NCBI GenBank assembly: GCA_037189525.1
Contig: JBBCJC010000003.1
Location: 256,001 to 320,000, forward strand
Source of the DNA: Gemmatimonadales bacterium
GTDB taxonomy: Bacteria > Gemmatimonadota > Gemmatimonadetes > Gemmatimonadales > GWC2-71-9
Length of the DNA: 64,000 nt
Reading direction: 5' to 3'
The notes beneath the pieces are model-generated. The model was given only the letters and a program-made list of their open reading frames with translations. It searched no databases and was not told where the DNA came from. The position numbers and the translations under genes are program-made. Shown here one piece after another: positions 1-10,519 of this stretch. Positions within the stretch are counted from its first letter, which is position 1, and each line of letters opens with the position of its first letter.

Positions 1-428
1 TCAATTTCGGGATGCGCGCCATCGTGCTCGGTCCCGCCGTGCGGCGGTTGGGAGAAACGGGAGCGATCCGCATCGGGACCATGACGCTGGTGGTGGGGCT
101 GGTGGTCTACCCGCTGGTGCCGTCACTGCTGATTCTGCCGGTGGTGATGATGTTGATGCCGATCGGTACGGCGCTGTTGTTCCCGTCGACCACGGCCTTG
201 ATGACCAAGTACTCCGACCCGGCCTCGCTGGGCATGACGATGGGGGTTGCCCAGGCGTTTGCCGGAGCTTCCCGGGTCGTGGCGCCCCTCGCGGCGACGT
301 TCCTGTTTCAGCGGTTCGGATCAGGGACCCCGTTCTACGTGGCCGCCGGGGTCGTCGCCCTGGTCGGCCTGCTGGCGTTTCAACTTCCCGAGCGGCCCGC
401 TGCTCCCCCAACGGACCAAAACGGCTAA
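1..428 (+). CDS. MFS transporter, C-terminal part (truncated by window start)
   Basis: Hydrophobic helices with MFS C-terminal pattern (LFPSTTALMT...GMTMGVAQAFAGASRVVAPLAA); stop at 426-428. Confidence 0.8.
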   Translation, partial: NFGMRAIVLGPAVRRLGETGAIRIGTMTLVVGLVVYPLVPSLLILPVVMMLMPIGTALLFPSTTALMTKYSDPASLGMTMGVAQAFAGASRVVAPLAATFLFQRFGSGTPFYVAAGVVALVGLLAFQLPERPAAPPTDQNG

Positions 429-437
429 CTTTGCCCG

Positions 438-2132
438 ATGAATGTGACTTCGCCGGACGCCATCCGTGACTCCACCTGGGCCGACCTCGAGCCGAGCTTC
501 GATGCGCTGCTCGCGCGCCCGATCGATCGCGACAACGTCGAAGCCTGGCTGGCCGAGTGGTCCCGCCTGGAAGAGATCGTGACCGAGGCCATCTCGAGCG
601 CGATGATCGCCTATACCTGCGATACGGCAGACGCGGAGAAGGAGGCGACCCACCGCCGCTTCGTCGTCGAGATCGCGCCCAAGGTCGAAGAAAAGAGCGT
701 CAAGCTGGCCGAGAAGTTTGCCCGGCTTGGCTATGACCGGCCGGGGATCGAGCAGATGACGGCGCGCTTCCGCCGGGCCATCGAGATTTTCCGTGAGGCC
801 AACGTTCCGCTGATCGCCGAGCTCGAAGAGGCGGCCACCGCCTATCAGCGGCTGACCGGCGGCATGCTGGCCGAGTGGGACGGCGATAAGAAGCCGCTGC
901 CGCAGCTGACGCCCTTCCTGCAGTCCGCCGATCGGACGGTCCGGGAGCGCGCCTTCCGGGCCATCGTAGGCCCCTATATGGCGGCGCGAGATCAGCTGGC
1001 CGAGTTGTTCGATCGGCAGCTGCGTCTCCGGCAGCAGGTGGCTCGCAACGCGGGCTTTGCGGATTTCCAGCAGTACACCTTCGCCGCCAAATGCCGCTTC
1101 GACTACGGGCCGGACGATTGCCGGCGTTTTCATGCCGCCGTCGAGGCGGTGGCCGTCCCGGCCGTGGCCAGGATCTACCAGGAGCGCCGCCGGCGGCTGG
1201 GTGTGTCGTCGCTCCGGCCGTGGGACCTGATGGCGCCGATCTACCGAGACCAGCCGCTCCGGCCGTTTGCCGACGTTGCGGAGCTGACGGGAAAGACGAA
1301 CCGTCTGTTCGAGCAGCTCGACGATGACCTGGCGGGCCAGTTCCGGATCATGGTCGACGAGCGCCTGCTCGATCTCGAGAGCCGGAAGAACAAGGCGCCC
1401 GGCGGCTATTGCGATACGCTCCATTTCCGCGGCCGTCCGTTCGTTTTCATGAACGCGTCGGGGGTCATGGAGGATGTGCAGACACTGCTGCACGAAGCGG
1501 GGCATGCCTTTCATGCGTTTGCTGCGCATCGGCAGCCGCTGATCTGGCAGCGCCACCCGACCGCCGAATCGGCCGAGCTGGCGTCGATGTCGATGGAACT
1601 GCTGGCGGCGCCGCTGCTCGATGCGCAGGGCGCGTTCCTCTCCGAGCGCGATGCCGCGGTGGCCCGGATCGAACATCTCGAGGATGTGCTGGTGACCTTG
1701 TGCCACGTCGCGGCGGTGGACGCCTTCCAGGCTTGGGTCTATTCCGATCCCCGCGGGGCCGACGCCCGGGCGCGCGATGCCGAGTGGCTGGCGATCCGCT
1801 CGCGTTTCGAGCCCACGGTCGATTGGAGCGACCTGGGCGTCGAGCGAGTGGCCCGGTGGTATCGCCAGCTGCACATCTTCCTGTATCCGTTCTACTACAT
1901 CGAATACGGGATTGCCCAGTTGGGCGCCATTCAGGTCTGGCAGAACCACCGGCGCGCCCCGGCCGAGGCGCTGGATGCGTATCGTCGCTTCCTCTCGCGC
2001 GGCGCCACGGCCTCGTTGCCCGAGCTCTATCGGGAGGCGGGGGCCAGGCTCATCTTCGACCGTGAGTCTATGGAGACCCTGGTCGGCGAAGTCGAGTCCG
2101 AAATCGAGCGCCAGCGGGCGGTCATCGGGTAG
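438..2132 (+). CDS. M3 family oligoendopeptidase (PepF-like)
   Basis: 564 aa; HEAGH zinc motif, downstream [24 protein letters not shown]. Confidence 0.93.
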   Translation: MNVTSPDAIRDSTWADLEPSFDALLARPIDRDNVEAWLAEWSRLEEIVTEAISSAMIAYTCDTADAEKEATHRRFVVEIAPKVEEKSVKLAEKFARLGYDRPGIEQMTARFRRAIEIFREANVPLIAELEEAATAYQRLTGGMLAEWDGDKKPLPQLTPFLQSADRTVRERAFRAIVGPYMAARDQLAELFDRQLRLRQQVARNAGFADFQQYTFAAKCRFDYGPDDCRRFHAAVEAVAVPAVARIYQERRRRLGVSSLRPWDLMAPIYRDQPLRPFADVAELTGKTNRLFEQLDDDLAGQFRIMVDERLLDLESRKNKAPGGYCDTLHFRGRPFVFMNASGVMEDVQTLLHEAGHAFHAFAAHRQPLIWQRHPTAESAELASMSMELLAAPLLDAQGAFLSERDAAVARIEHLEDVLVTLCHVAAVDAFQAWVYSDPRGADARARDAEWLAIRSRFEPTVDWSDLGVERVARWYRQLHIFLYPFYYIEYGIAQLGAIQVWQNHRRAPAEALDAYRRFLSRGATASLPELYREAGARLIFDRESMETLVGEVESEIERQRAVIG

Positions 2133-2275
2133 TCGCGTGTCTGCCGCGGGTGGGGGGCACGAAATGGGTTTTGGGGCTCCTGGCGGGCCTTACGGTTGCC
2201 CTCAGGCCCCCGCCAGGGCACATTTATCAGTCTAGGCTGGATTGGACTCACCGTCGAAAGGACCAGGCATCTCGG

Positions 2276-2494
2276 ATGGCGAAGGAAGAAGGCATTGAAA
2301 TGGAAGGGGTGGTGCAGGAGGTGCTCCCCGACCGCAACTACCGTGTGCTGCTCGAGAACGGCCACACGATCCTCGCATACGCCGCCGGGAAAATGAGCAA
2401 GTTCAAGATCCGGGTCCTCGAGGGCGACCGGGTCAGCGTGGTGCTTTCACCGTATGACTTGACCCGCGGCCGCGTCATCTATCGCCACAAGTAG
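2276..2494 (+). CDS. infA: Translation initiation factor IF-1
   Basis: 72 aa [18 protein letters not shown]...[26 protein letters not shown] at 2276. Confidence 0.97.
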   Translation: MAKEEGIEMEGVVQEVLPDRNYRVLLENGHTILAYAAGKMSKFKIRVLEGDRVSVVLSPYDLTRGRVIYRHK

Positions 2495-2534
2495 GGCGCA
2501 ACGGGCGACACGAGACCGCTGTCAGGAAAACGCA

Positions 2535-2565
2535 AAGGGGCCGCTCCAACCGGGAGCGGCCCCTT
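2535..2565. terminator. Hairpin between convergent infA and cspA (likely bidirectional terminator)
   Basis: 13-bp perfect stem AAGGGGCCGCTCC / GGAGCGGCCCCTT with 5-nt loop. Confidence 0.8.
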
Positions 2566-2587
2566 CGTCGTCCGAGAGCCGGCGTGC

Positions 2588-2800
2588 TTACCTGACCTTG
2601 GTCACGTTCTCCGCGGCCGGCCCCTTGGCCCCGGATACCATGTCGAACTCCACCCGCTCGCCCTCGGCGAGACTGCGGAATCCGTCTGCCTTGATCGCCG
2701 AGTGGTGAACGAAGCAATCCTTTTCGCCGTTTTCGGGGGTGATGAAGCCGAACCCCTTCGCATCGTTGAACCACTTCACGGTGCCGGTAATACGTGCCAT
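2588..2800 (-). CDS. cspA: Cold-shock protein
   Basis: 70 aa; [16 protein letters not shown] (RNP1), DCFVHHSAI (RNP2). Confidence 0.95.
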   Translation of the reverse strand: MARITGTVKWFNDAKGFGFITPENGEKDCFVHHSAIKADGFRSLAEGERVEFDMVSGAKGPAAENVTKVR

Positions 2801-3025
2801 TACGCCAAACTCCCTCATTTGATGATTCCTGCAGCCGGTGCGATACGAGTTCGTCCCGGCTATTCCACCAGGCGCGAGCCCATCTCGCGCCGGGAAACTT
2901 CACGCAGACCGCGCAGCAACCTGCTGACGGCTGTCAGCGGTCGGCGTTGAACGACAATTGATTGGCAGGGTGGACGACGGCTTCATCGAAGCCGGTCACA
3001 ATGTTGGCCCCGGGCGCCGAGGGTG

Positions 3026-4789
3026 TCAAGACTTGGGCCGATACGGCTCGTAGAGCCGGGCCAGGCCCTTCTGCCACCAGAACTTCGACCGTGCCCGCTG
3101 GTCGCGGCGCGCGGCGCGATTCAGGGCGTGCAGGAACTCCGCTGCCGACTGGTATCGGGCGTTCTTGTCGGCCTGGATGGCCAGCCGCAGTACGCCGGCC
3201 AGGCCCGAGCCGACATCGGGCTGCTCAGTCTCGAGATCGGGGAGCCGGTTCATGGTTTGCTTGGCCAGCACCACCTCGGGCCGGTTGCCGGAGAAAGGCG
3301 GGTAGCCGAGCAGGGCGAAGTATCCGACCGCGGCCAGGCTGTACAAATCCGATCGGTGATCGATCTGGTCGCCGAGTAGCTGCTCGGGGCTCGCGAACTG
3401 GGGCGTCCCGCTCCGGCTCGACGCGCCGCCGAACCGTCCCTGACCGAGCAGTGCCACGGCCAGGCCGAAGTCCGTGATCCGCAGCCGGCCGGTCCGATCG
3501 ATCAGCAGGTTCTCGGGCTTGATGTCGCGATGGACCAGGCCGCTGGCATGCGCGTGGGCGAGCGCACCGAGCGCTTCCCGCAACAGGGCCACGACCCGGT
3601 CGGGGTCGAGCGGCCCTTCGCGTTCCACCAGCTGCGCCAGGTTGGGCCCGTCGATCAGTTCCATGGTGTACCAGAGCAGCCCCGACCGGCCCCCGATTTC
3701 ATAGATGTTGACGATATTCGGGTGGTTGACCCGGGCCGCCAGCTGCGCTTCCTGACGGAAGCGTTCCAGACCCGCGGGGTCCTGGGTCAGCGACGGATGC
3801 AGCAGCTTGAGGGCGACGATGCGCTCCAGGTGCAGATCGCGCACCCGGTAGACTCGGCCGAATCCTCCCGAACCGATTTCGCCGAGCAGTTCGTAGTCGT
3901 CGCCGAAGGCGCGCCTGATTCGCTTTTCCCATTCGCGCGGCGCTTCGCTGACGGCTTGCGGTGTCGCATCCAGCGTCGAGGCGGTGGTGTACGCGCCGGC
4001 TTCGGACGCAAAATCCTCGAGCATTTCGGACACGCTCAGGAACCGCGCATTGGGCTGCGGCTGCATGGCGCGCATCAGGATTCGGTCGAGCAGCTGCGGA
4101 CTGGCATGTCGGATGCTGGATGCCGGTTCGACCCGGGTCGGGTCCTCATCGGGCTCGACCCCGGTCAGCGCATAGTAGATCACCGCGCCGGCTGCGTAGA
4201 CATCGGCCATCACGTCTCCCATCGAGCCGTCGCGCACTTCGGGAGCCATGAAGTGCGGCGAGGACGGACGCTCGGTCGGCGGAATGAACGGCAAGACGTA
4301 GCTGCAGAACCGGACGTCGGTAATGGTGGCGCGTCCGGTCGCGCTGACCAGCACCGAACTCGGTACCACGCGGCGGAGGATGATACCGTTGGCGTGCGCG
4401 TGCTCCATCCCGCGCAACAGGTCGCGGGCCAGGACGTGGACTTGGGGAATCGGCCGGGGACCCCGGGTCACCGCAATCTGGAGCGATTCGGCCTCGATCC
4501 AGTTGCCGATCCGGAAGGCCATGTCGTCCACCACGCCGACGTCGTAGGCGTGCCGGATGGCGGGATGATCGAGCTGGCCGAGCGCTTCGGCCTCCCGGAG
4601 GAACCAGACGCGTAACTGATCGTTGCCGGAAAAGTTGACCCGGATGCTGACGCGCCGGTTGAGCAGGGTGTCCCGCCCGACGAACAGCACCCGCTCGAGC
4701 GAGGCGGCGACCAGTCGCTCCAACCGGTAGCGCGAGCCCAGCCGCCGTTCGGTTGCTGCGAAGAGGGATGCCGGTTCGAGGCTGATCAC
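3026..4789 (-). CDS. Ser/Thr protein kinase with tandem domains (N-terminal pseudokinase plus C-terminal intact Hanks kinase)
   Basis: Domain 2 has GSGGFG, VALK, HRDIKPEN, DFG, SPE; domain 1 has kinase spacing (QLDHPAI, FMAPE, DVYAAG) with degenerate catalytic motifs; GTG start overlaps upstream stop. Confidence 0.9.
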   Translation of the reverse strand: MISLEPASLFAATERRLGSRYRLERLVAASLERVLFVGRDTLLNRRVSIRVNFSGNDQLRVWFLREAEALGQLDHPAIRHAYDVGVVDDMAFRIGNWIEAESLQIAVTRGPRPIPQVHVLARDLLRGMEHAHANGIILRRVVPSSVLVSATGRATITDVRFCSYVLPFIPPTERPSSPHFMAPEVRDGSMGDVMADVYAAGAVIYYALTGVEPDEDPTRVEPASSIRHASPQLLDRILMRAMQPQPNARFLSVSEMLEDFASEAGAYTTASTLDATPQAVSEAPREWEKRIRRAFGDDYELLGEIGSGGFGRVYRVRDLHLERIVALKLLHPSLTQDPAGLERFRQEAQLAARVNHPNIVNIYEIGGRSGLLWYTMELIDGPNLAQLVEREGPLDPDRVVALLREALGALAHAHASGLVHRDIKPENLLIDRTGRLRITDFGLAVALLGQGRFGGASSRSGTPQFASPEQLLGDQIDHRSDLYSLAAVGYFALLGYPPFSGNRPEVVLAKQTMNRLPDLETEQPDVGSGLAGVLRLAIQADKNARYQSAAEFLHALNRAARRDQRARSKFWWQKGLARLYEPYRPKS

Positions 4790-6117
4790 CCGTCGCTGGT
4801 GGTGACGACGGCGTGGCCGCCGTGTTTCTTGGCTTTGTACAGCGCGGCGTCGGCGGCGGCCATCACCGCGGCCGGCGTGAGTCCGTCGCGAGGAGCTTCC
4901 GCAATCCCGATCGAGAGTGACCCAATCCCGAACTCGGGATACTCGGTGACCATGTCGCCGAACGCGTTGATGACCCGATCGACGAATCCCTGTGCTTCGG
5001 CCGGATTGGTCATCGGGAGGATCACCAGGAACTCGTCGCCGCCCAGTCGCCCGACGACGTCGAGGGTACGAATGTGGCGGCGGAGCAACTGGCTGATCAG
5101 GACCAGGTACCGGTCGCCGGCGGCGTGGCCCAGCGTGTCGTTGATGACCTTGAAGCGATCCAGGTCGATCATCGCGATCGTGGTTCGGATTTGGTGGCGC
5201 ACGCTCCGCGAAATCTCGGCTTCGAGCCGCTCGGCCAGGGCGCGGCGATTGAAGAGGCCGGTCAGCTGGTCGGTGGTGGCGGCGCTCTGGAGTCGTTCGA
5301 CCAGCTCGGCATTCTTGAGCGCAATGGCGCCGGCAAAGGCCAGGGTGGCGGCGAGGTCTCGCTCGGCCTTGCCGTAGGCCAGCCCGTTGAGCCGGGGCCC
5401 CAGCAGCAGGACCGCGACCCGTTCACCGCCGGCGTCGAGCGGAATCAGCATCTCGGTGCCCGTCGGTACCAGCTGCGCCAGACCGACCTCGCGCGGATCG
5501 GCAATGCCGGAGCCGAGCGGCACCGCGGCTTCGAGTTCTTCGCGGCCGATGCTTTCGGGCACCCGGTCCCGATCCAGCGACCGGATCGACATCGGTATGA
5601 ACGCGGCGCCGCTCGGTCGGTAGAGGCATGCCCACCAGGCAAAGAAAACCTCGGCCATGAAGTCGAGCACCAGCGTTTCGCTCTCGCCGGTCGAATGGGC
5701 GGAGGAGAGGAGCCGCGCGACCTGGCGGAGGGCCCGAAGCTGGAACACCGCGTCGTCCAGGGCCAGTTGGCGTTCGACCAGCACGCTGCGGAGGTCGAGG
5801 ACGACGGACAGGCCGAAGCCGACCTGGAAGGCGAGCGGCCGGACCCGGTCGACCAGATCCGCTTCCGTCGAAATCGCAATGGCCGTGTCACCCGCCGCAT
5901 AATGCGCCACTTGAACCCGATCCGACTCCGCCGAAGCGGGGCCAAACCACTGGGTTTCGCCTCCGTTGGTGACGGAAAGCCAGATCCGGTCGGATTCGAG
6001 TCGCTCTGAAAGGATCCGCCGACACCGCTCCAGCAACTCCCCGTCTGACCTGGCTTGGCGGCAGGCAATCGAGAAGGCGCTTGGAAGCTCGGAAATCGCG
6101 GAGATCGATCCGTCCAT
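4786..6117 (-). CDS. Diguanylate cyclase (GAF-like sensor plus GGDEF)
   Basis: DQLTGLFNRR, DLDRFKVINDTLGHAAGD, RTLD I-site, GRLGGDEF; start taken at MDGSISA (6117), ORF-track extension to 6546 overlaps the opposite-strand gene. Confidence 0.9.
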   Translation of the reverse strand: MDGSISAISELPSAFSIACRQARSDGELLERCRRILSERLESDRIWLSVTNGGETQWFGPASAESDRVQVAHYAAGDTAIAISTEADLVDRVRPLAFQVGFGLSVVLDLRSVLVERQLALDDAVFQLRALRQVARLLSSAHSTGESETLVLDFMAEVFFAWWACLYRPSGAAFIPMSIRSLDRDRVPESIGREELEAAVPLGSGIADPREVGLAQLVPTGTEMLIPLDAGGERVAVLLLGPRLNGLAYGKAERDLAATLAFAGAIALKNAELVERLQSAATTDQLTGLFNRRALAERLEAEISRSVRHQIRTTIAMIDLDRFKVINDTLGHAAGDRYLVLISQLLRRHIRTLDVVGRLGGDEFLVILPMTNPAEAQGFVDRVINAFGDMVTEYPEFGIGSLSIGIAEAPRDGLTPAAVMAAADAALYKAKKHGGHAVVTTSDG

Positions 6118-6247
6118 GGCTCGAATTATAGGGGCGCGTGCGCGGCGATGAAATACGGTGCAAATGCCTGCCGGGCTTAACCTTCCGGCCCGGGTGCCGA
6201 TACTTGGACGTATTCTGGTCGGCAGGCTTTGTGCCAAGGAGCTCGGG

Positions 6248-7132
6248 ATGTTCGTTGTGAAACTGCTGGCTACGGGAGCCGCGGCCTTCGGTGGCGCGGT
6301 TCTCGTGGGTGTGATTGCGATGTCGGGGCGGGAACTGCGCAGGGCCGGCGACGACATGGTCGTGATGCGGCGCGCGGTCGATAGCATGCGGGTGGCTCTG
6401 GCAGGGACGATGTCGGCGCGCGGTTTCGTCGCCGGCCGCCCCGGCGCGGTGACCCCGGTAACGCCGGCCGCCATGTCGCCCTCTCTCGATGCCGCTGCCT
6501 TCGTCGATCCGCTGGCCAGCGTGGTCGGATTCGTCCAGCTGGGCAAGGATGTCTTCGTCGGTCCGTTGGCCTCGATCCGGGGCGATGCGACAGGTCAGCC
6601 CATTGCCGTCGGCGAGGGAAGCAACATCCAGGACGGTGCCGTGGTGCAGGCGCTCGAGACGGTGGATGACGGGAAGCCGATTCCGGGCCGGATCTTCAAA
6701 GTCGGCGCCCGGGAATACTCGGTCTACATCGGGAAACGCGTCTCGCTCGCTCCGCAGTCACTGGTCCACGGCCCGGCGCAGCTCGACGACAATGTCTACG
6801 TTGGGATGCAGGCGATGGTCTTCCAGTCGCGGATCAGCAGCGGGGTCGTGATCGAACCCGGCGCGCGGGTCATCGGCGTGACCGTTCCGCCCAACCGCTA
6901 TGTTCCGGCCGGGCAGACGGTTGCCGAGCAGAGTGCGGCCGACCGCCTGCCGACCATCACGGATTCCTATCGATTCAAGGGCATGGGTGAGGCCGCGGTC
7001 CGGGTCAACACCGGTCTGGCGCGCGGCTATCTCAAGGCCTTACGTGAGGCGGAGGCCATCCGGACCAAGCCGCCGGTCGCCGAAGGTGTGATGGCTTCGC
7101 ACGACGCCCCGGCCAAGGCGGCGTCGCACTGA
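6248..7132 (+). CDS. Cam-type gamma-carbonic anhydrase-like protein with N-terminal signal/anchor; two Zn-ligand His substituted
   Basis: Left-handed beta-helix repeats matching Cam pattern (AFVDPLASVVG, SIRGD, SNIQDG, ALET, YSVYIGKRVSLA, VHGPA, RYVPAG, ADRLP, VNTGLARGY). Confidence 0.85.
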   Translation: MFVVKLLATGAAAFGGAVLVGVIAMSGRELRRAGDDMVVMRRAVDSMRVALAGTMSARGFVAGRPGAVTPVTPAAMSPSLDAAAFVDPLASVVGFVQLGKDVFVGPLASIRGDATGQPIAVGEGSNIQDGAVVQALETVDDGKPIPGRIFKVGAREYSVYIGKRVSLAPQSLVHGPAQLDDNVYVGMQAMVFQSRISSGVVIEPGARVIGVTVPPNRYVPAGQTVAEQSAADRLPTITDSYRFKGMGEAAVRVNTGLARGYLKALREAEAIRTKPPVAEGVMASHDAPAKAASH

Positions 7133-7135
7133 GCG

Positions 7136-7750
7136 CTATCCTGCTCTGAGGCGCCGCCGGAGCTCGTCCGCCGAGACGCGGAAGGCCTCCATCATGGCAG
7201 GGCGGTCCCAGGTCTGGTGGCGTTCCAAGGTGTCGCCCAGGATGCCCACCCACCAGACGGTTTCGGCGGAATTGGGGCCGCCGATGCTGTCCTGCCCGAT
7301 CGTTTCCAGATATTCGATACCCAGCCGTCGGATCGATACCAGCGCCGCCCCGATTCGGTGCAGTTCCTCGGCGACGCAGATGTCGACGGCCAGCGGGGTG
7401 GCCTCGGCGATCTGCGCCAGGTACTCGAAACGGCAGGTCTTCCAGGTCCGCTCCCGTCCCAGCACATCGAACCGCGGTTCCGTGGCCGCCGCCACCATCG
7501 AAGCCACCGGCGCGCCGAATTTGGCGTCGATTTCCCGGGCCAGCGATGGGAGACGGGTGATGGGAACCGCGTCGGCGAGATGCTTCAGGATGCCGGCGAC
7601 GATGGTCGATTCATCGGCGCCGTAACGCGCGAGAATGACGGCGACACTGGAGGCCCGAATCAGGCACGACTGCCCGTCGTAACGGGAGACCCGCTCCGGG
7701 TGGTGTTTGGCCGCGAAGGCGAGGGCGTGATGGATTCGATCGGAGTACAC
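7136..7750 (-). CDS. HD-domain (RelA/SpoT hydrolase, Mesh1-like) fold protein with degenerate HD motif
   Basis: IHHALAFAAKHH...VAVILARYGADESTIVAGIL...EIDAKFGAPVASMVAAATEP; HDxxED replaced by KHLAD. Confidence 0.75.
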   Translation of the reverse strand: MYSDRIHHALAFAAKHHPERVSRYDGQSCLIRASSVAVILARYGADESTIVAGILKHLADAVPITRLPSLAREIDAKFGAPVASMVAAATEPRFDVLGRERTWKTCRFEYLAQIAEATPLAVDICVAEELHRIGAALVSIRRLGIEYLETIGQDSIGGPNSAETVWWVGILGDTLERHQTWDRPAMMEAFRVSADELRRRLRAG

Positions 7751-7754
7751 GTGG

Positions 7755-8396
7755 CTATCTGAGTCCGGTCAGCTTGTGAGTCTGTAAGGACAATCGCCAC
7801 GCGGGGTGCGCCAGACAATAGGCAATCGCGGCTTGCGTGTTGGCCTCCCGGTCCGGGCCATCCATCGGTTGCAGGAAAAAGTGACGGAACGCGAGGCCGG
7901 CGAATCGCTCGGGCGGCGCGGTTTCCTGGGGAAAGACGAGTTTGAGTTCGTCGCCGCCGGTGACGGCCAGGGTGCTGGCCGCTTTGGGACTGACGCAGAC
8001 CCAATCGATGCCCGGTGGGACCTGCTGCGTGCCGTTGGTTTCGATGGCGATCTCGAAGCCCAGCGCGTGGACCGCGTCGATCAGCGGGCTATCCAGTTGC
8101 AGCAGCGGTTCGCCACCGGTAAACACGACGTAGGGCCGAGCCGTAGGGCCACCGCCGGCCGGCCAATGATCCGCAATGGCGGCGGCCAGCGCAGCCGGCG
8201 TTCCGAAGCGTCCGCCCCCCGGACCATCGGTGCCGACGAAATCGGTGTCGCAGAACTGGCAGACGGCGCTGGCGCGGTCCTGTTCGCGGCCGGTCCACAG
8301 GTTGCACCCGGCAAATCGGCAGAACACGGCTGCTCGGCCGGTTTGGGCGCCCTCGCCCTGCAGGGTGAAGTAGATCTCTTTGACGGCGTACGACAC
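7755..8396 (-). CDS. queE: 7-carboxy-7-deazaguanine synthase (radical SAM)
   Basis: VKEIYFTLQGEG, CX14CX2C motif (CNLWTGREQDRASAVCQFC), TGGEPLLQ, IETNGT, WRLSLQTHK; GTG start 8396. Confidence 0.95.
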   Translation of the reverse strand: MSYAVKEIYFTLQGEGAQTGRAAVFCRFAGCNLWTGREQDRASAVCQFCDTDFVGTDGPGGGRFGTPAALAAAIADHWPAGGGPTARPYVVFTGGEPLLQLDSPLIDAVHALGFEIAIETNGTQQVPPGIDWVCVSPKAASTLAVTGGDELKLVFPQETAPPERFAGLAFRHFFLQPMDGPDREANTQAAIAYCLAHPAWRLSLQTHKLTGLR

Positions 8397-8400
8397 GATC

Positions 8401-9081
8401 TCAACTCGCCAGGTACGGAGCGGGGTCGGCGATGCCCAGCTCGGCAAAGCCGCGGAGGCGGATGCTGCAGGCGTCGCAGCGGCCGCAGGACAGGCCGTCT
8501 TCGGTCAGCTGATAACAGCTGCGTGTCAGACCGAAGTCGACGCCGAGATCGAGGCCGCGCCGGATGATCTGGGATTTGGTGAGCCAGATCAGCGGGGTGT
8601 GGATGGTCACCCGGTTGCCGTCGATCGCGGCTTTGGTGGCCAGGTTGGCCATCGCCTGAAAGGCGGCGACGTACTCGGGCCGGCAATCGGGGTAGCCGCT
8701 GTAGTCGACTGCGTTGACGCCGATCACAATATCGCGGGCGTCGAGGACTTCGGCCCAGGCGAGCGCGTAGGACAGAAAGATGGTGTTGCGCGCCGGCACG
8801 TAGGTGATCGGAATGCCCTCGTCCGCCTGCCGGTCGACCGGCACCGGAATGTCCGCGGTCAGCGCCGAGCCGCCGAAAGCGCGGAGGTCGATGTCGACGA
8901 CGATGTGACGCGCCACGCCGAGTTGCGCAGCGACTGCCTCCGCGGCCTGGATTTCGGCGACGTGGCGCTGGCCGTAACGGAAACTCATCGCGTACGGAGT
9001 GAGCCCCAGCGCCTTGGCGATGGCCAGGGCGCTCGCGGAATCGAGTCCTCCGCTCAGGAGAATGACGGCAGGTGCGCTCAT
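8401..9081 (-). CDS. queC: 7-cyano-7-deazaguanine synthase
   Basis: [10 protein letters not shown]-loop, [23 protein letters not shown]...CGRCDAC; ATG 9081 overlaps upstream stop. Confidence 0.96.
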   Translation of the reverse strand: MSAPAVILLSGGLDSASALAIAKALGLTPYAMSFRYGQRHVAEIQAAEAVAAQLGVARHIVVDIDLRAFGGSALTADIPVPVDRQADEGIPITYVPARNTIFLSYALAWAEVLDARDIVIGVNAVDYSGYPDCRPEYVAAFQAMANLATKAAIDGNRVTIHTPLIWLTKSQIIRRGLDLGVDFGLTRSCYQLTEDGLSCGRCDACSIRLRGFAELGIADPAPYLAS

Positions 9082-10445
9082 GAGGTGCGGTGGCGGCCCA
9101 GCAGGTGCCGGAGCGCCGACTCGAGCGTGGGATGCCTGAAGGTAAAGTCGCTGCCCAGCAGGCGATCCGGCGCCATTCGAGCGCTGGCCAGGATGCCGGC
9201 ATCGGCCAGTTCGCCGAAGACGAGCCGGAGAGCAACGCGTGGCACCGGAATGATGGCCGGCCGCCGCAATACCGCGCCCAGCGTCGCGGTGAATCGCCGG
9301 TTGGTGACCGGCTCGGGCGACCCGAAGTTGAACCCGCCGTGCAGTGGATTGAAGAGCAGGTGGCCGAGACCGGTGATGCAGTCGTCGATCGAGATCCAGC
9401 TCATCCATTGCGATCCGTTGCCAAGCGGCCCGCCGAGTCCCAGCCGGAAGGGGGGCAGCATGCGCTCGAGCAGCCCGCCGGCCGGAGACAGAATCAGACC
9501 GAATCGCGCCTGGGCCACCCGCACGCCGGCCCGCGCGGCGGGTGCCGTGGCCGCTTCCCATTCGGCGGCTACCTCCGGGAGGAAGCCGTGGCCGGGCGTC
9601 GCGTCGTCGGAGAGGATTTCATCGCCGCGATCGCCGTAGATCCCCATGGCGGAGGCCGAGATGAGGATGCCGGGTCCGTTGGGCGCCCGGGCAATCGCTT
9701 CGGCAATCGTGGTGGTCCCGGCGACCCGGCTCTCACGGATCCGCCGTTTCCGCTCGGCGGTCCAACGGCCGCTCACGATGGCCTCGCCGGCCAGATGAAT
9801 CACGGCATCGATGCCCGAGAGGTCGGCGGGGTTCATGCCGCGTTTGGGGTCCCAGGCGATTTCGCCGGCTTTCGGCGTTCGTCGCACCATCGGAACGACG
9901 CGGTGCCCCCCGGTCGTGAGCAGCGCACCGAGCGCGCTGCCGACCAGCCCGGATGCGCCGGTGATCGCGATCGTGAGCCGAGGGTGGGAGGCATAGCGGG
10001 CATGCCAGGCGAGATCGGCGGCGAGCACGTCGTGGCGGTAGCGGAGCAGGCGCCTGATCCGCCGCCGGATGGCCGGCTCGGCCAGGCTGCCCAGCGGTCC
10101 GGCGGGCGGCTCGAAGTCGATCGTGTCGGATACCGCGGTGCGGCTCGAGTCGAGGGCGTCGAAGCGGTGGGTGTGCCGCCAGCGGTCGAACGGACCCTTT
10201 TCCTGGACATCGACGAAGCCGGCGCCGGGAGTAACCGATTCGTAACGGGCAATCCACTCGACCGGTACGGGGCCGACCTTAAGCCGCAGGGTGGCCGTCC
10301 GCCCGGCTTCGAGCGGCCCCGGGTCGGAGACGACCTCGACGGGCTGCCAGGGCGGGGTGAGACGTTCCAGAGCGCCGGGCCGCTCGTGCCAGGCAAAGAC
10401 CTCATTTGCCGGCGAGAGGATCTCGGTCACTCGGTCGATCTGCAT
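9078..10445 (-). CDS. SRPBCC domain fused to TIGR01777 (YfcH-like) NAD-binding oxidoreductase
   Basis: N-terminal [17 protein letters not shown]...[44 protein letters not shown]. Confidence 0.88.
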   Translation of the reverse strand: MQIDRVTEILSPANEVFAWHERPGALERLTPPWQPVEVVSDPGPLEAGRTATLRLKVGPVPVEWIARYESVTPGAGFVDVQEKGPFDRWRHTHRFDALDSSRTAVSDTIDFEPPAGPLGSLAEPAIRRRIRRLLRYRHDVLAADLAWHARYASHPRLTIAITGASGLVGSALGALLTTGGHRVVPMVRRTPKAGEIAWDPKRGMNPADLSGIDAVIHLAGEAIVSGRWTAERKRRIRESRVAGTTTIAEAIARAPNGPGILISASAMGIYGDRGDEILSDDATPGHGFLPEVAAEWEAATAPAARAGVRVAQARFGLILSPAGGLLERMLPPFRLGLGGPLGNGSQWMSWISIDDCITGLGHLLFNPLHGGFNFGSPEPVTNRRFTATLGAVLRRPAIIPVPRVALRLVFGELADAGILASARMAPDRLLGSDFTFRHPTLESALRHLLGRHRTS

Positions 10446-10519
10446 CCCGAAAGATAGCGCTGCCTCTCGCCAGGGCGGGTCGACACCCCTAAATTGTTCC
10501 GCCGTCGCACCGATCGTGC

